Of a stretch of DNA of 45,741 nucleotides, positions 28,051-36,353 are shown piece by piece. Each line of letters begins with the position of its first letter. The stretch's first letter is position 1. Location: IMG/VR virus record IMGVR_UViG_3300046314_000184, positions 1 to 45,741 of that record. One strand, 5' to 3'. The position numbers and the translations under genes were made by a program. Below the pieces are notes generated by a model. It worked only from the letters and a program-made list of their open reading frames with translations. It was not told where the DNA came from and made no database searches. Source of the DNA: a virus (taxonomy: Duplodnaviria; Caudoviricetes).

Positions 28051-28755
28051 TTACTTGGCCTTGACCAAGGCATCTCTGCGCCACTTGATGGTATCGGAAT
28101 GCTTGGTCAGGTCATGCTGACCCAAGACAGAATCAATATCAGAATCACTCAGTGCAGCCAGTTTCTGCTTGGCCTTTTTGAAAGCCTCTGGGTGGTGTTT
28201 GGCTACATCACCAAAGGCATGTTGCACGGTGTATCTGGGGTTCTGGAACGACTCCAAGTCATCAATGTCTTTATCAAACGGCTTGGTTCCTCCCATGGCC
28301 CTCTTGTTCATGGCACCCCCCTGATCGACAGAAACCAATCGGTCGTTTACTTTATCATGCATGATGTTTCCATAGTCCAGACCGACAATATCTCGGTTGC
28401 CGGTCATGATGGCCGCATGATGCATCAGGACCAAAGTTTCTGCATGCTTGGGATTCTTAGCCAGTTCAGAAAAATCTGAACGACTCAGTGACTTCAGGTT
28501 ATTGTTCCACTTGGAGATAACCCCAGAATCATTATGGATTTCTGGAGAAACGGTATGCAGCCCCAGCTTATTGTATATCTTGGCAGTAGCAACCTCAACA
28601 TGAGCCTGTTCGGGAGTCTCTGGATACTTCAGGTAATGCTTTTCCCCAGTAACCGAATCATGATGCATACCTCCATAATTGGAGCCGTATTGGGTATTGG
28701 GTATCTTGGTCAGAGCCTCATGCAGTTGCTGGCGGTATTCCTTGAATGTGATCAT
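28051..28755 (-). CDS. Kinase-like protein (PI3K/HipA-like fold) with a capsid-targeting-like leader
   Basis: GSNYGG loop, YLK, helix-C EV, GNRD...N, VDQGG; leader MITFKEY....LHEA. Confidence 0.65.
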   Translation of the reverse strand: MITFKEYRQQLHEALTKIPNTQYGSNYGGMHHDSVTGEKHYLKYPETPEQAHVEVATAKIYNKLGLHTVSPEIHNDSGVISKWNNNLKSLSRSDFSELAKNPKHAETLVLMHHAAIMTGNRDIVGLDYGNIMHDKVNDRLVSVDQGGAMNKRAMGGTKPFDKDIDDLESFQNPRYTVQHAFGDVAKHHPEAFKKAKQKLAALSDSDIDSVLGQHDLTKHSDTIKWRRDALVKAK

Positions 28756-29852
28756 GGATTCAATTTTTCAATAGTTGGGTGGTTAAATTTTACCATGGTG
28801 TTCTTGATCTTGTCCTCGATTTCCTTCATCTTTGAAGTGGCTTCCTTGATGGGGACATCGTAAACCAGAGACACATGGGGACGGAACTCATCATAGGAAT
28901 GCTTCATTCCCATTTTCTTTAGGGTTGAATGGATTTTGTCCAATTCTTTACAGTCAACTTCCATGACAATGGTGCACTCATCCTTGGCTCTTTCCCCATC
29001 TTTTGGTAGAGCATCAAACTTGGTCAGGTGCGTGACGCTCCCGCTGATTGGCATGGTCAGGGAATCCAAGTATGCCTGAATCTTCTTATGGTCAGCAGCG
29101 GTTCCAATTGAGTAGCAGAGGGTGCAGTGCAGCTTGTCTTTTGCAATCGGATCAACGCTAAACTTGGCTTCTTCAACCGCATCCAGAATCTTCTGTGCAA
29201 TCTCTGCCTTGACTGAGGCATAGTCCCCGGTCTTGGCTTCAGACAGGAATGCATCCAAGCTCTCAATCAACTTTGGTGACTTGGGTGAATAGTTGCCGGA
29301 ATTCCCAATTGCAGATTTGATACGGGTTGGATCAAACACCATATGGATAGACTCGGGACTGGATTCCCGAATACCATCATACCCAAAACCACGAAGCATC
29401 TCATTGACAGAATCAATACCTCCAGAAAGATGATCATGGTGTAGTTGCTGATGCAAGTCACGGTTCCTCATACCATGCCAGACATGATTCTTCAGGGAAT
29501 ATCCAAGTTTCCTTTCAGTCCGACGAACCAACCCCACATCCAAAGGAGCATCCATCAAGAATGGTTTTTCCATCTTCAGGTGGACAGGAACCACATTGGG
29601 TGCTGCGTCTCCAGCGGGAGCAATTCTGGAATGTGCTCCGGTTGTTGTCCCCATTGCATAATCGGATGCTATCTTGGACGATGGTGTAAAGTAGAACCCT
29701 CTGCCCCATTGATTCCCGCCACCAATCTTGGAATGGCTGAACTCAGAAACATCCGAACTCGTCCCATGATAGAACGAGATTGGAGTCCCATCAGGATGCT
29801 TGGTAGTTGACTTACCAAACCATTCAGAAAAGGAATCACTCTGCAGGGACAT
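28752..29852 (-). CDS. Fusion: ART-PolyVal-like domain plus Acb1-like 2H phosphodiesterase
   Basis: N-half WFG.S...DGTP..YHGT, GFYFT, GYDGI, VFDP.RIKS. C-half GDYASVK, KLHCTLCYS and RPHVSLVYD (two HxT/S motifs as in T4 gp57B/Acb1). Confidence 0.8.
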   Translation of the reverse strand: MSLQSDSFSEWFGKSTTKHPDGTPISFYHGTSSDVSEFSHSKIGGGNQWGRGFYFTPSSKIASDYAMGTTTGAHSRIAPAGDAAPNVVPVHLKMEKPFLMDAPLDVGLVRRTERKLGYSLKNHVWHGMRNRDLHQQLHHDHLSGGIDSVNEMLRGFGYDGIRESSPESIHMVFDPTRIKSAIGNSGNYSPKSPKLIESLDAFLSEAKTGDYASVKAEIAQKILDAVEEAKFSVDPIAKDKLHCTLCYSIGTAADHKKIQAYLDSLTMPISGSVTHLTKFDALPKDGERAKDECTIVMEVDCKELDKIHSTLKKMGMKHSYDEFRPHVSLVYDVPIKEATSKMKEIEDKIKNTMVKFNHPTIEKLNP

Positions 29853-31509
29853 CTTTGGCTTTCTTGGCAGCAATCAGATCATTCAACATTTTCTTTTCTC
29901 GATCCAGCGCTGGTTTGTGCTTCTTTACCAAGGCTGCATAATCAACACCAGCCTGATCTGCAATCACTCGTCTGGTTTCGGGGCGACTCATGGAAAGGGA
30001 ACGGACTGCATGATATTCATCTCTGCCATTGACAAACAAATCCTTGGCAGTGTTATTCAACAGATTGTCTGCACCATGAACTCCATCATTTACCAGTCCG
30101 ACCACATGGTCATAGTAGTTTCCACTGGTGTTCTTCAGACCAGTTTTGCCATGCAGCCCATGATATACGGTCTGGAAATTGTCCTTGGTAAGCATACCAC
30201 GATTTCCCAGTTCATGAGCAATACTCTTGATTGGATTGCTTCCCAGTTTATGCTTATCAGCAATGCTGAACAAGTCCCACTTGGTTCTGGAAGTTCCGAT
30301 ATGATTGATCAGGTGAATATGATTGATCACATCATCTGGGGTAGAAACCACAGCATGAGTGATTCGATGACGAAGCTCAGACACCGCGCCATGCAGCATA
30401 TTGTTGGATGAGTTTGTCCATGAAACATTCTTGAACGCAGCAATATGATCCTGATTTTTGGGATCAAAGGAATCTTTTATTTTGTTCTTCAGGACATTAA
30501 CTGCAGAATCTTCCTTAACAATATGCCCATACTTGGATTTTGCTGTCCGGTCATGTTCCAACAATGCGTTGAATGCGCCTTTCATATCTCCACGGTCCAA
30601 GGCATCATACCCTGCTTTGTGGATGGTAGACAATTTCTTCAGGTGAGTTGATTTATAGGCAACCCCCGGTTGAATCAGGGTCTCAATTCGCTCCCGGAAA
30701 GGAGCATCTGCCTTGGCGCTCCCAACAGAATCCCACATGGTATTGATGGCATCCTTGTCAATAGATGCACCATCAGACACATGAATTGGTTTGTTGGAAT
30801 CGTCATATACATGAGGATTCTTGCGATAGACCTTGTTGCGATCAATTGGAAAAAGTTTACCAACAGCATCGGCCATGACCTTCTTGGTTCCATCTGGCAT
30901 GTCACCATGGACAGTATTTTCTGGAATCAGAGTCTCGGCACCACCGCCAAATGGGGTCGCCTTCTTGATGTGTGGATGCGCCCCGGTATCATTCAGGATA
31001 GAGCCAATTTTCTTCTGAACCAACTTGACCCCAGCGGGAATGCCTTTTTCTGGATCACCAAACGATTGGATGCTCTTGGTAGCCATGCCATTGGAGTAAG
31101 AGTCCTTATCGACACTCCATCCATGTGAACTCAGGTGATGTGCCACGTCAGGATGTGGTTCATATGAATTCTTGATGGTGACTGGAATCCTGACCCGGCG
31201 ATTCTTTTCGCTGGAAGAATAGAAAGCCTGTTGTGCTGCTGGATGTTTAGAAAGAAACGCGCTCAGATAGGCAGAGCGCCCGTATGCAGCACGTTCCATC
31301 TTGTCCGCATCATATTTTTCCTTATCTGTCAGTTCCTCAGTAATGACCAATACGGTTTCGGCAGACTCCCGATGGATTGCTTCAGACAACAGACAATCCA
31401 AGTCCTCGTCAGAACCAATCAGGTCGCCATACTGCTCAATCAGTGCATGGTCAGAAAGTTCGGCAGGGGCATTTCGATTCAGGTAGGCTTTGATGATTGG
31501 ATCGGACAT
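29836..31509 (-). CDS. His-rich hypothetical protein, candidate internal head protein
   Basis: 557 aa; MSDPIIKAY leader with LIE/LSE/ITEE sites; paralogous to 32628..34922; TAAGTA upstream. Confidence 0.7.
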   Translation of the reverse strand: MSDPIIKAYLNRNAPAELSDHALIEQYGDLIGSDEDLDCLLSEAIHRESAETVLVITEELTDKEKYDADKMERAAYGRSAYLSAFLSKHPAAQQAFYSSSEKNRRVRIPVTIKNSYEPHPDVAHHLSSHGWSVDKDSYSNGMATKSIQSFGDPEKGIPAGVKLVQKKIGSILNDTGAHPHIKKATPFGGGAETLIPENTVHGDMPDGTKKVMADAVGKLFPIDRNKVYRKNPHVYDDSNKPIHVSDGASIDKDAINTMWDSVGSAKADAPFRERIETLIQPGVAYKSTHLKKLSTIHKAGYDALDRGDMKGAFNALLEHDRTAKSKYGHIVKEDSAVNVLKNKIKDSFDPKNQDHIAAFKNVSWTNSSNNMLHGAVSELRHRITHAVVSTPDDVINHIHLINHIGTSRTKWDLFSIADKHKLGSNPIKSIAHELGNRGMLTKDNFQTVYHGLHGKTGLKNTSGNYYDHVVGLVNDGVHGADNLLNNTAKDLFVNGRDEYHAVRSLSMSRPETRRVIADQAGVDYAALVKKHKPALDREKKMLNDLIAAKKAKDVPAE

Positions 31510-31536
31510 TTTATTCTATTGGTGATTTTGGTTCAA

Positions 31537-32325
31537 TTACTTACTCAGGTCAGAGCCTCTGGCAACTGCTCCGGGAGTTGTTTTCCATAGGTAAATTGGA
31601 GAAGTATAGCCACTGTTCTCAATTTGTGTTGGTCTTGGGTGTAGGAAGAATTCATGTCCGCGCCCAAGTAAAACCTCATGTTCATCTGATGGAGCATGCT
31701 TTTTCACAGAGGCTGCGGATACTATACCGCCTCCAAAATTTAACTCCAAGATATGTCTGGCGTTTGGTTTGACAACCCCATGATGTTCCGATTCATGATG
31801 GATAGTCTTGCCATCTTCATTCGTGAATCTAACTGCAGTGTCAAAATCGGTTGTTGCCGATGTAAATGCAGGTAGCCGAATTAGCTTTTTTTCTCTGTTG
31901 GTTGTCCAATTAACACCGACCATGTTAACAGGAGAGTGCGGAATTCCTGTATACAATTTGACACCCGGAATGTTGATGATGTGCTTATGTAAAATTGATT
32001 CAATTCCATTTACATGGTGCAGAATATGCTCAGGAACTTTGGTTTGATTCCGATGATGTTCCCATAGAGCATTGTTGATCTCCACTGACCCTGAAGTAAG
32101 GTAGTGGTTGACATGATGATTGATCTTCGGAATCTCCAATGCAGCATGGATTCTGTCCTGTTCTTCTTGGGTATTTGCTGAATCAAGGATGTTCCGATAC
32201 TCGGAATGGTAAACCTCAGTCAACCCGAGACTCTTGTCCAGACCGGCAAGAAGGAACATTGGGGTAACATCCCTATCCCGCCTACACATACCCCATATGT
32301 AGGCGTTTATGATTGGATCGGTCAT
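31537..32325 (-). CDS. ADP-ribosyltransferase paralogue (Alt/VIP2-like)
   Basis: YLTSGSVEINNALW, KLYTG, FTSAT, EHEVLLGRG; start MTDPIINAY at 32325. Confidence 0.75.
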   Translation of the reverse strand: MTDPIINAYIWGMCRRDRDVTPMFLLAGLDKSLGLTEVYHSEYRNILDSANTQEEQDRIHAALEIPKINHHVNHYLTSGSVEINNALWEHHRNQTKVPEHILHHVNGIESILHKHIINIPGVKLYTGIPHSPVNMVGVNWTTNREKKLIRLPAFTSATTDFDTAVRFTNEDGKTIHHESEHHGVVKPNARHILELNFGGGIVSAASVKKHAPSDEHEVLLGRGHEFFLHPRPTQIENSGYTSPIYLWKTTPGAVARGSDLSK

Positions 32326-32339
32326 TTTTGCTCTATCAG

Positions 32340-32600
32340 TTAAATGTAACGACAATTATCTCTGAGTGTGCTTCCTGGAGTCGTGTCCGCGATCCGTCTC
32401 AACACATCACGGAACCCATCGGGAGGCTTAATCCGCCCCAAGCTGAATGAATCTGTGATCCCCGGAGCGCCACCAATAAACTTGGTAGTGTCCATACCCC
32501 CACACTCAGGACACTCTTGAGTCACCCCAGAATCGGACATGCGGACATTCTTTTCATAGATGGCATCGCATGTGTTGCACTTGTAATCATAAATCGGCAT
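32340..32600 (-). CDS. FmdB-family zinc ribbon protein
   Basis: MPIYDYKCNTC...CPECG...PPDGFRDVL. Confidence 0.85.
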   Translation of the reverse strand: MPIYDYKCNTCDAIYEKNVRMSDSGVTQECPECGGMDTTKFIGGAPGITDSFSLGRIKPPDGFRDVLRRIADTTPGSTLRDNCRYI

Positions 32601-32627
32601 CTTGTATATTTCCTATGTTAAAAGGGG

Positions 32628-34922
32628 TTATCCATGGTAGTCATTGTCGTAGTAGTCATTCATCTCATGGATGCGATTATGCACATCGGCAAAGTGGTCA
32701 TCCCAATGATCCTTCTGATCCCAACGATCTGAGTTGTTTTCGGTCTTGTAGTTATCCAGACTATCAATCTTGTCAAAGTGATTAAGGATTTCATACTTTT
32801 GATTCTCGGACTTCAGATAACCGCGCTCATTGTCATCCTCCACATGACGGTCAATATGACTATCCATGCGCGTAGCCATCTTACCCAAGTGATGATGCAT
32901 GTCATCCTTCATCTTGGATACTTCGGCATCATCTTCCTCATCATAATCCGGGTCTTCGTCGTTTTTATGCTCAAGATGTGATGTTATTTTATCATCAATT
33001 TTGTCGGCATGATCAAAATGAGCACTGATCATTTTGTTGGAATGATCTGGGTCATCAAAGTCAGAAAAGAATTTTGGATTCAGTGCAGCTTTTGAATAAT
33101 CTTCCTTGGTAAATTTGTCACTGACCGCCTTTGCAATCGTCCCATGGGACTCACCATCAATCAGGTGATTCTTAATCTTGGTTGCATCATCACTGGTCAT
33201 TGGATGTTCGCGGTCCATGAAACGATCTATTGCGCCAGTATCAAGTTTGGACATTCGTATGGCATCGTCAGCCGTGGCATGTCTGGATGACATTATTGTC
33301 AGTAACGGTGTGTATTTGGCTTTGCTGTGTTGTTTAGCAACATGACTCAGCATGTCATCAAAATGATCCCGTGTGAATTTTGGATGGTTAATCAGTCCCA
33401 GAGCAACGTCGCTGTTACCATTTGTTCCACCATAACGACCAACCAATTTACTGATATGATCAGAATTCAGATGCGCTTTCAGGTCTCGAACATTATATGC
33501 GCTACCAGAACCACCGGCAACATAGTTATCAACAACCTTGTCAATATGAGCAGGGGTAATCTTGCTTGGGTGCAGATTCACTATGGAACTCAAACCAACA
33601 CCATCGGCAATATGTTGAGGCAGCTTCCGACTCGCCAGAATATTTCTGGGGATATTGTCTGGGTATCGTTCAGCATGCTCGTTAATCATGTTGGTAGAGA
33701 ACTTACCCCCATGGTTGACAGCTAGACTCCAGTTATTGTCATTTCCCTTTTCGGCAAACCCATGTTCTTTGTTCAGGCGATGCAGAATAGACACATGATG
33801 AGTTGTCAAGTTATTGATGCCACCAATTTTCATCAAGCGGTGGCTAAGATTTGCTTTAGCTGCTTGCTCTCCATCAACCTCAGACCCGCCCAATATTGCA
33901 GTCTGTTTCTCCTTGTCCGCATGATACTGCTGACCAACAAACTTAATCATATGGTCAACTTCATGAGGCAATGCTGTCTTTGGCATGATATTATGTCCAT
34001 GTTTCAGCAGATCATCCTCAATCGAACTACCAGACATTTCTTCATATTCTGTTTCTTCGTCGTCATCATACATCGCTTCATTCTTATGGTAAGTCACATC
34101 TTTCTGCGCTGGGTAGTTGGTTTCACTCCATTTGCGAACTGCATGATCAAATGCTGTACCGCCAGAACCATACTGTTTATGTTCTGCGCGAAAAATGGTA
34201 TCACCATTATAATGATCACCATCTTCATGAAATGGCTTCAGATTAATACGGGCAATTGGGCGCTCTGGATGTCCATGCTCCAGCCCCATTTTATCATCGC
34301 CCCGCACCAAGTATGCAGCATGAGTTCCATGTTCAACATCTGCGTTTAGGTAGTGGGAAATATTAATCGTTCCTCGCTTGGCAGGGGCCATGTTCATGCA
34401 TGAAGACCATCCAGTTCCGGTTGACATTCCGGCAATTGCCAGTGGGGAGTGCGAAATCACCACATGCAGGGAATCCTTGCTCTTGGATGCTGACCGAGCA
34501 GGATCGTTCATATAAGACTTCTTGACGGTATCACTGGCGTTTGTCTTATCCAGAACAGAGCCAATGCTGTAGTCAACGGATTTCTCAGTCTTGGGAAACT
34601 TGACACCATCCCCGACGATTTTCTTTTTGGAGACAATCCCCTTCTGATAATCTTTGATCTCGTACCCATGATTGACCAAGTGCTCGATCACATCTGGGTC
34701 AGAATCCGAGCCAATGCCAGCCAGTGGGAAATGCGTATGCATCCCATGCGTCATTGCCTTGGACATTTTCTCTCGGGTTGCATCTGACACAGAATCCAAG
34801 TGAACGGCTTCCAAATCATCCACTCGATGCATCAGATGGTCGGGCACTGTGGTCTCAGTCAGGGTCGTATGCTTGGAAATGGCAGCATCAGCGGCTGCAA
34901 GGAATTTGGCAAGAGATGACAT
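32628..34922 (-). CDS. Large His/Asp-rich hypothetical protein, candidate internal head protein
   Basis: MSSLAKFL...TLTE leader; AIAGMSTG.GWSSCM motif; TAAATA upstream at 34987. Start reassigned from 34982. Confidence 0.7.
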   Translation of the reverse strand: MSSLAKFLAAADAAISKHTTLTETTVPDHLMHRVDDLEAVHLDSVSDATREKMSKAMTHGMHTHFPLAGIGSDSDPDVIEHLVNHGYEIKDYQKGIVSKKKIVGDGVKFPKTEKSVDYSIGSVLDKTNASDTVKKSYMNDPARSASKSKDSLHVVISHSPLAIAGMSTGTGWSSCMNMAPAKRGTINISHYLNADVEHGTHAAYLVRGDDKMGLEHGHPERPIARINLKPFHEDGDHYNGDTIFRAEHKQYGSGGTAFDHAVRKWSETNYPAQKDVTYHKNEAMYDDDEETEYEEMSGSSIEDDLLKHGHNIMPKTALPHEVDHMIKFVGQQYHADKEKQTAILGGSEVDGEQAAKANLSHRLMKIGGINNLTTHHVSILHRLNKEHGFAEKGNDNNWSLAVNHGGKFSTNMINEHAERYPDNIPRNILASRKLPQHIADGVGLSSIVNLHPSKITPAHIDKVVDNYVAGGSGSAYNVRDLKAHLNSDHISKLVGRYGGTNGNSDVALGLINHPKFTRDHFDDMLSHVAKQHSKAKYTPLLTIMSSRHATADDAIRMSKLDTGAIDRFMDREHPMTSDDATKIKNHLIDGESHGTIAKAVSDKFTKEDYSKAALNPKFFSDFDDPDHSNKMISAHFDHADKIDDKITSHLEHKNDEDPDYDEEDDAEVSKMKDDMHHHLGKMATRMDSHIDRHVEDDNERGYLKSENQKYEILNHFDKIDSLDNYKTENNSDRWDQKDHWDDHFADVHNRIHEMNDYYDNDYHG

Positions 34923-35089
34923 ATTCGGATATGGGTGTTGGGGTAGCAGAAATAAGAAAACCATGCGATTTTGGTCTCGCATGGTTTATTTAGGGTCAAT
35001 CCTCGGTTTCTTCCCTATCGCCTATCCCGCCATAAAGGGCAGGATATTCAGATACATCGGGGATTTCCGATTCATCTTGGGGAGGTGGG

Positions 35090-36250
35090 TCAGATGGAAT
35101 TTGGTTGTTCATTTGCAGGTTCCTCAACATCCGCATCGGGAGTCATTTTCTCCCAGAGAATCTTCATTGCAGCCTGTGTGGTGTCATCAAACTGGCTGAT
35201 GCCCATGTCAATTGCCAGTTCAGCATCACCCAGCATCGAGTGCATATACAGGATGTTACATGCGCGACGGGTATCCACATGATCATCAATACCTTCTTCG
35301 GTATAGGTCTTGCGAATCACCGAAGTCCAGTTAACCAAGCGATTCATGAAATCGGTATCGGTCATACCATACTTGGTCATATGATGCTGGAAAATTTCAC
35401 GCTCAACCTTGGCTGGAGGATAGTTCTGGATCAGAGTGCCCATAAAACGACTCATGAATGCCTGATTCAAGATGTTGGTGCCAATATAGTTGCCAGTGTC
35501 GGAACCACGACCCTTGGTGTTGGCTGTGGCAATGATGGCAAAGCCTTCCGCTGGAGTGATGACCTTGTTCAGCGACTTGACAACGAAAGGTTTACCTTCC
35601 ATGACGTTCTGGAGACACATGATCTCGCTGGGGCTTGCCAAGTCCAGTTCGTTCAGGTTCACGATACCACCGGACAATGCTGCCCAGACAATTGGACCTT
35701 CTTCATATCGAATTGTGCCATCAATCAGGGTCTTGGAACCAATCAGTTGGTCTTCAGTGGTGTCGCGGGTAATCTGAACCCGAACATAGGGGCGACCAGC
35801 CTTGGCACATGCTTGCTTGATGGCAACATCCTTGCCGGTGCCATGGTCACCCACCACAAAAAGACTGAAGAATTTACCAGCCTTGACCAAGCGCTCGATT
35901 GTCTTGAATGTTCCCCATTCAACATAGGCAGGATCAACCTCGGGAATGAAAGATTCGGTATTGAACTTGGATACCATGGATGTGTCAATGATGTCCTGAG
36001 TGGGCAGAGCCTCATCAGCAAACTGCTTGGTCACAACTTCAGCAATGGTTTCTTGTTGAGTAACTTCGGACAGGCTGAACACACCACGACCAATTCGAGC
36101 AGCAGACCAGAACTTGGTTGGGATATGACCACCACCAGCCTCGTATGCCAGAGCCTCCTGACGAGTAACCATGGTCTTGGGAGCAAATGCCTCGCGCATC
36201 TTGGAGACAGATTCTTGATAGGCCAGAGAAGAAGAAGAAATTTCGGTCAT
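35090..36250 (-). CDS. CobS/MoxR-like AAA+ ATPase
   Basis: GDHGTGKD, EDQLIG, EGP, ATANTKGRG..G.YIGTNILNQAFMSRF, DTRR. Confidence 0.9.
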   Translation of the reverse strand: MTEISSSSLAYQESVSKMREAFAPKTMVTRQEALAYEAGGGHIPTKFWSAARIGRGVFSLSEVTQQETIAEVVTKQFADEALPTQDIIDTSMVSKFNTESFIPEVDPAYVEWGTFKTIERLVKAGKFFSLFVVGDHGTGKDVAIKQACAKAGRPYVRVQITRDTTEDQLIGSKTLIDGTIRYEEGPIVWAALSGGIVNLNELDLASPSEIMCLQNVMEGKPFVVKSLNKVITPAEGFAIIATANTKGRGSDTGNYIGTNILNQAFMSRFMGTLIQNYPPAKVEREIFQHHMTKYGMTDTDFMNRLVNWTSVIRKTYTEEGIDDHVDTRRACNILYMHSMLGDAELAIDMGISQFDDTTQAAMKILWEKMTPDADVEEPANEQPNSI

Positions 36251-36323
36251 GATAAAGTCCTTTTAGGGGTTGGGGTTAATTTGCTTGGAATCAACAGTTT
36301 GTGTTGTTGCTGTCGATTCTGTT

Positions 36324-36353
36324 ATTGTATCACAGATTTGTTTAAACTGTCAT
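36324..36353 (-). promoter_or_regulatory. Sigma70-type early promoter
   Basis: ATGACA-18 nt-TACAAT with TGTGA extension. Confidence 0.55.

Noticed and set aside
34993-35089. tRNA gene
   Set aside because: No T-loop GTTC, D-loop or cloverleaf spacing is visible; kept only as an unknown structured element.
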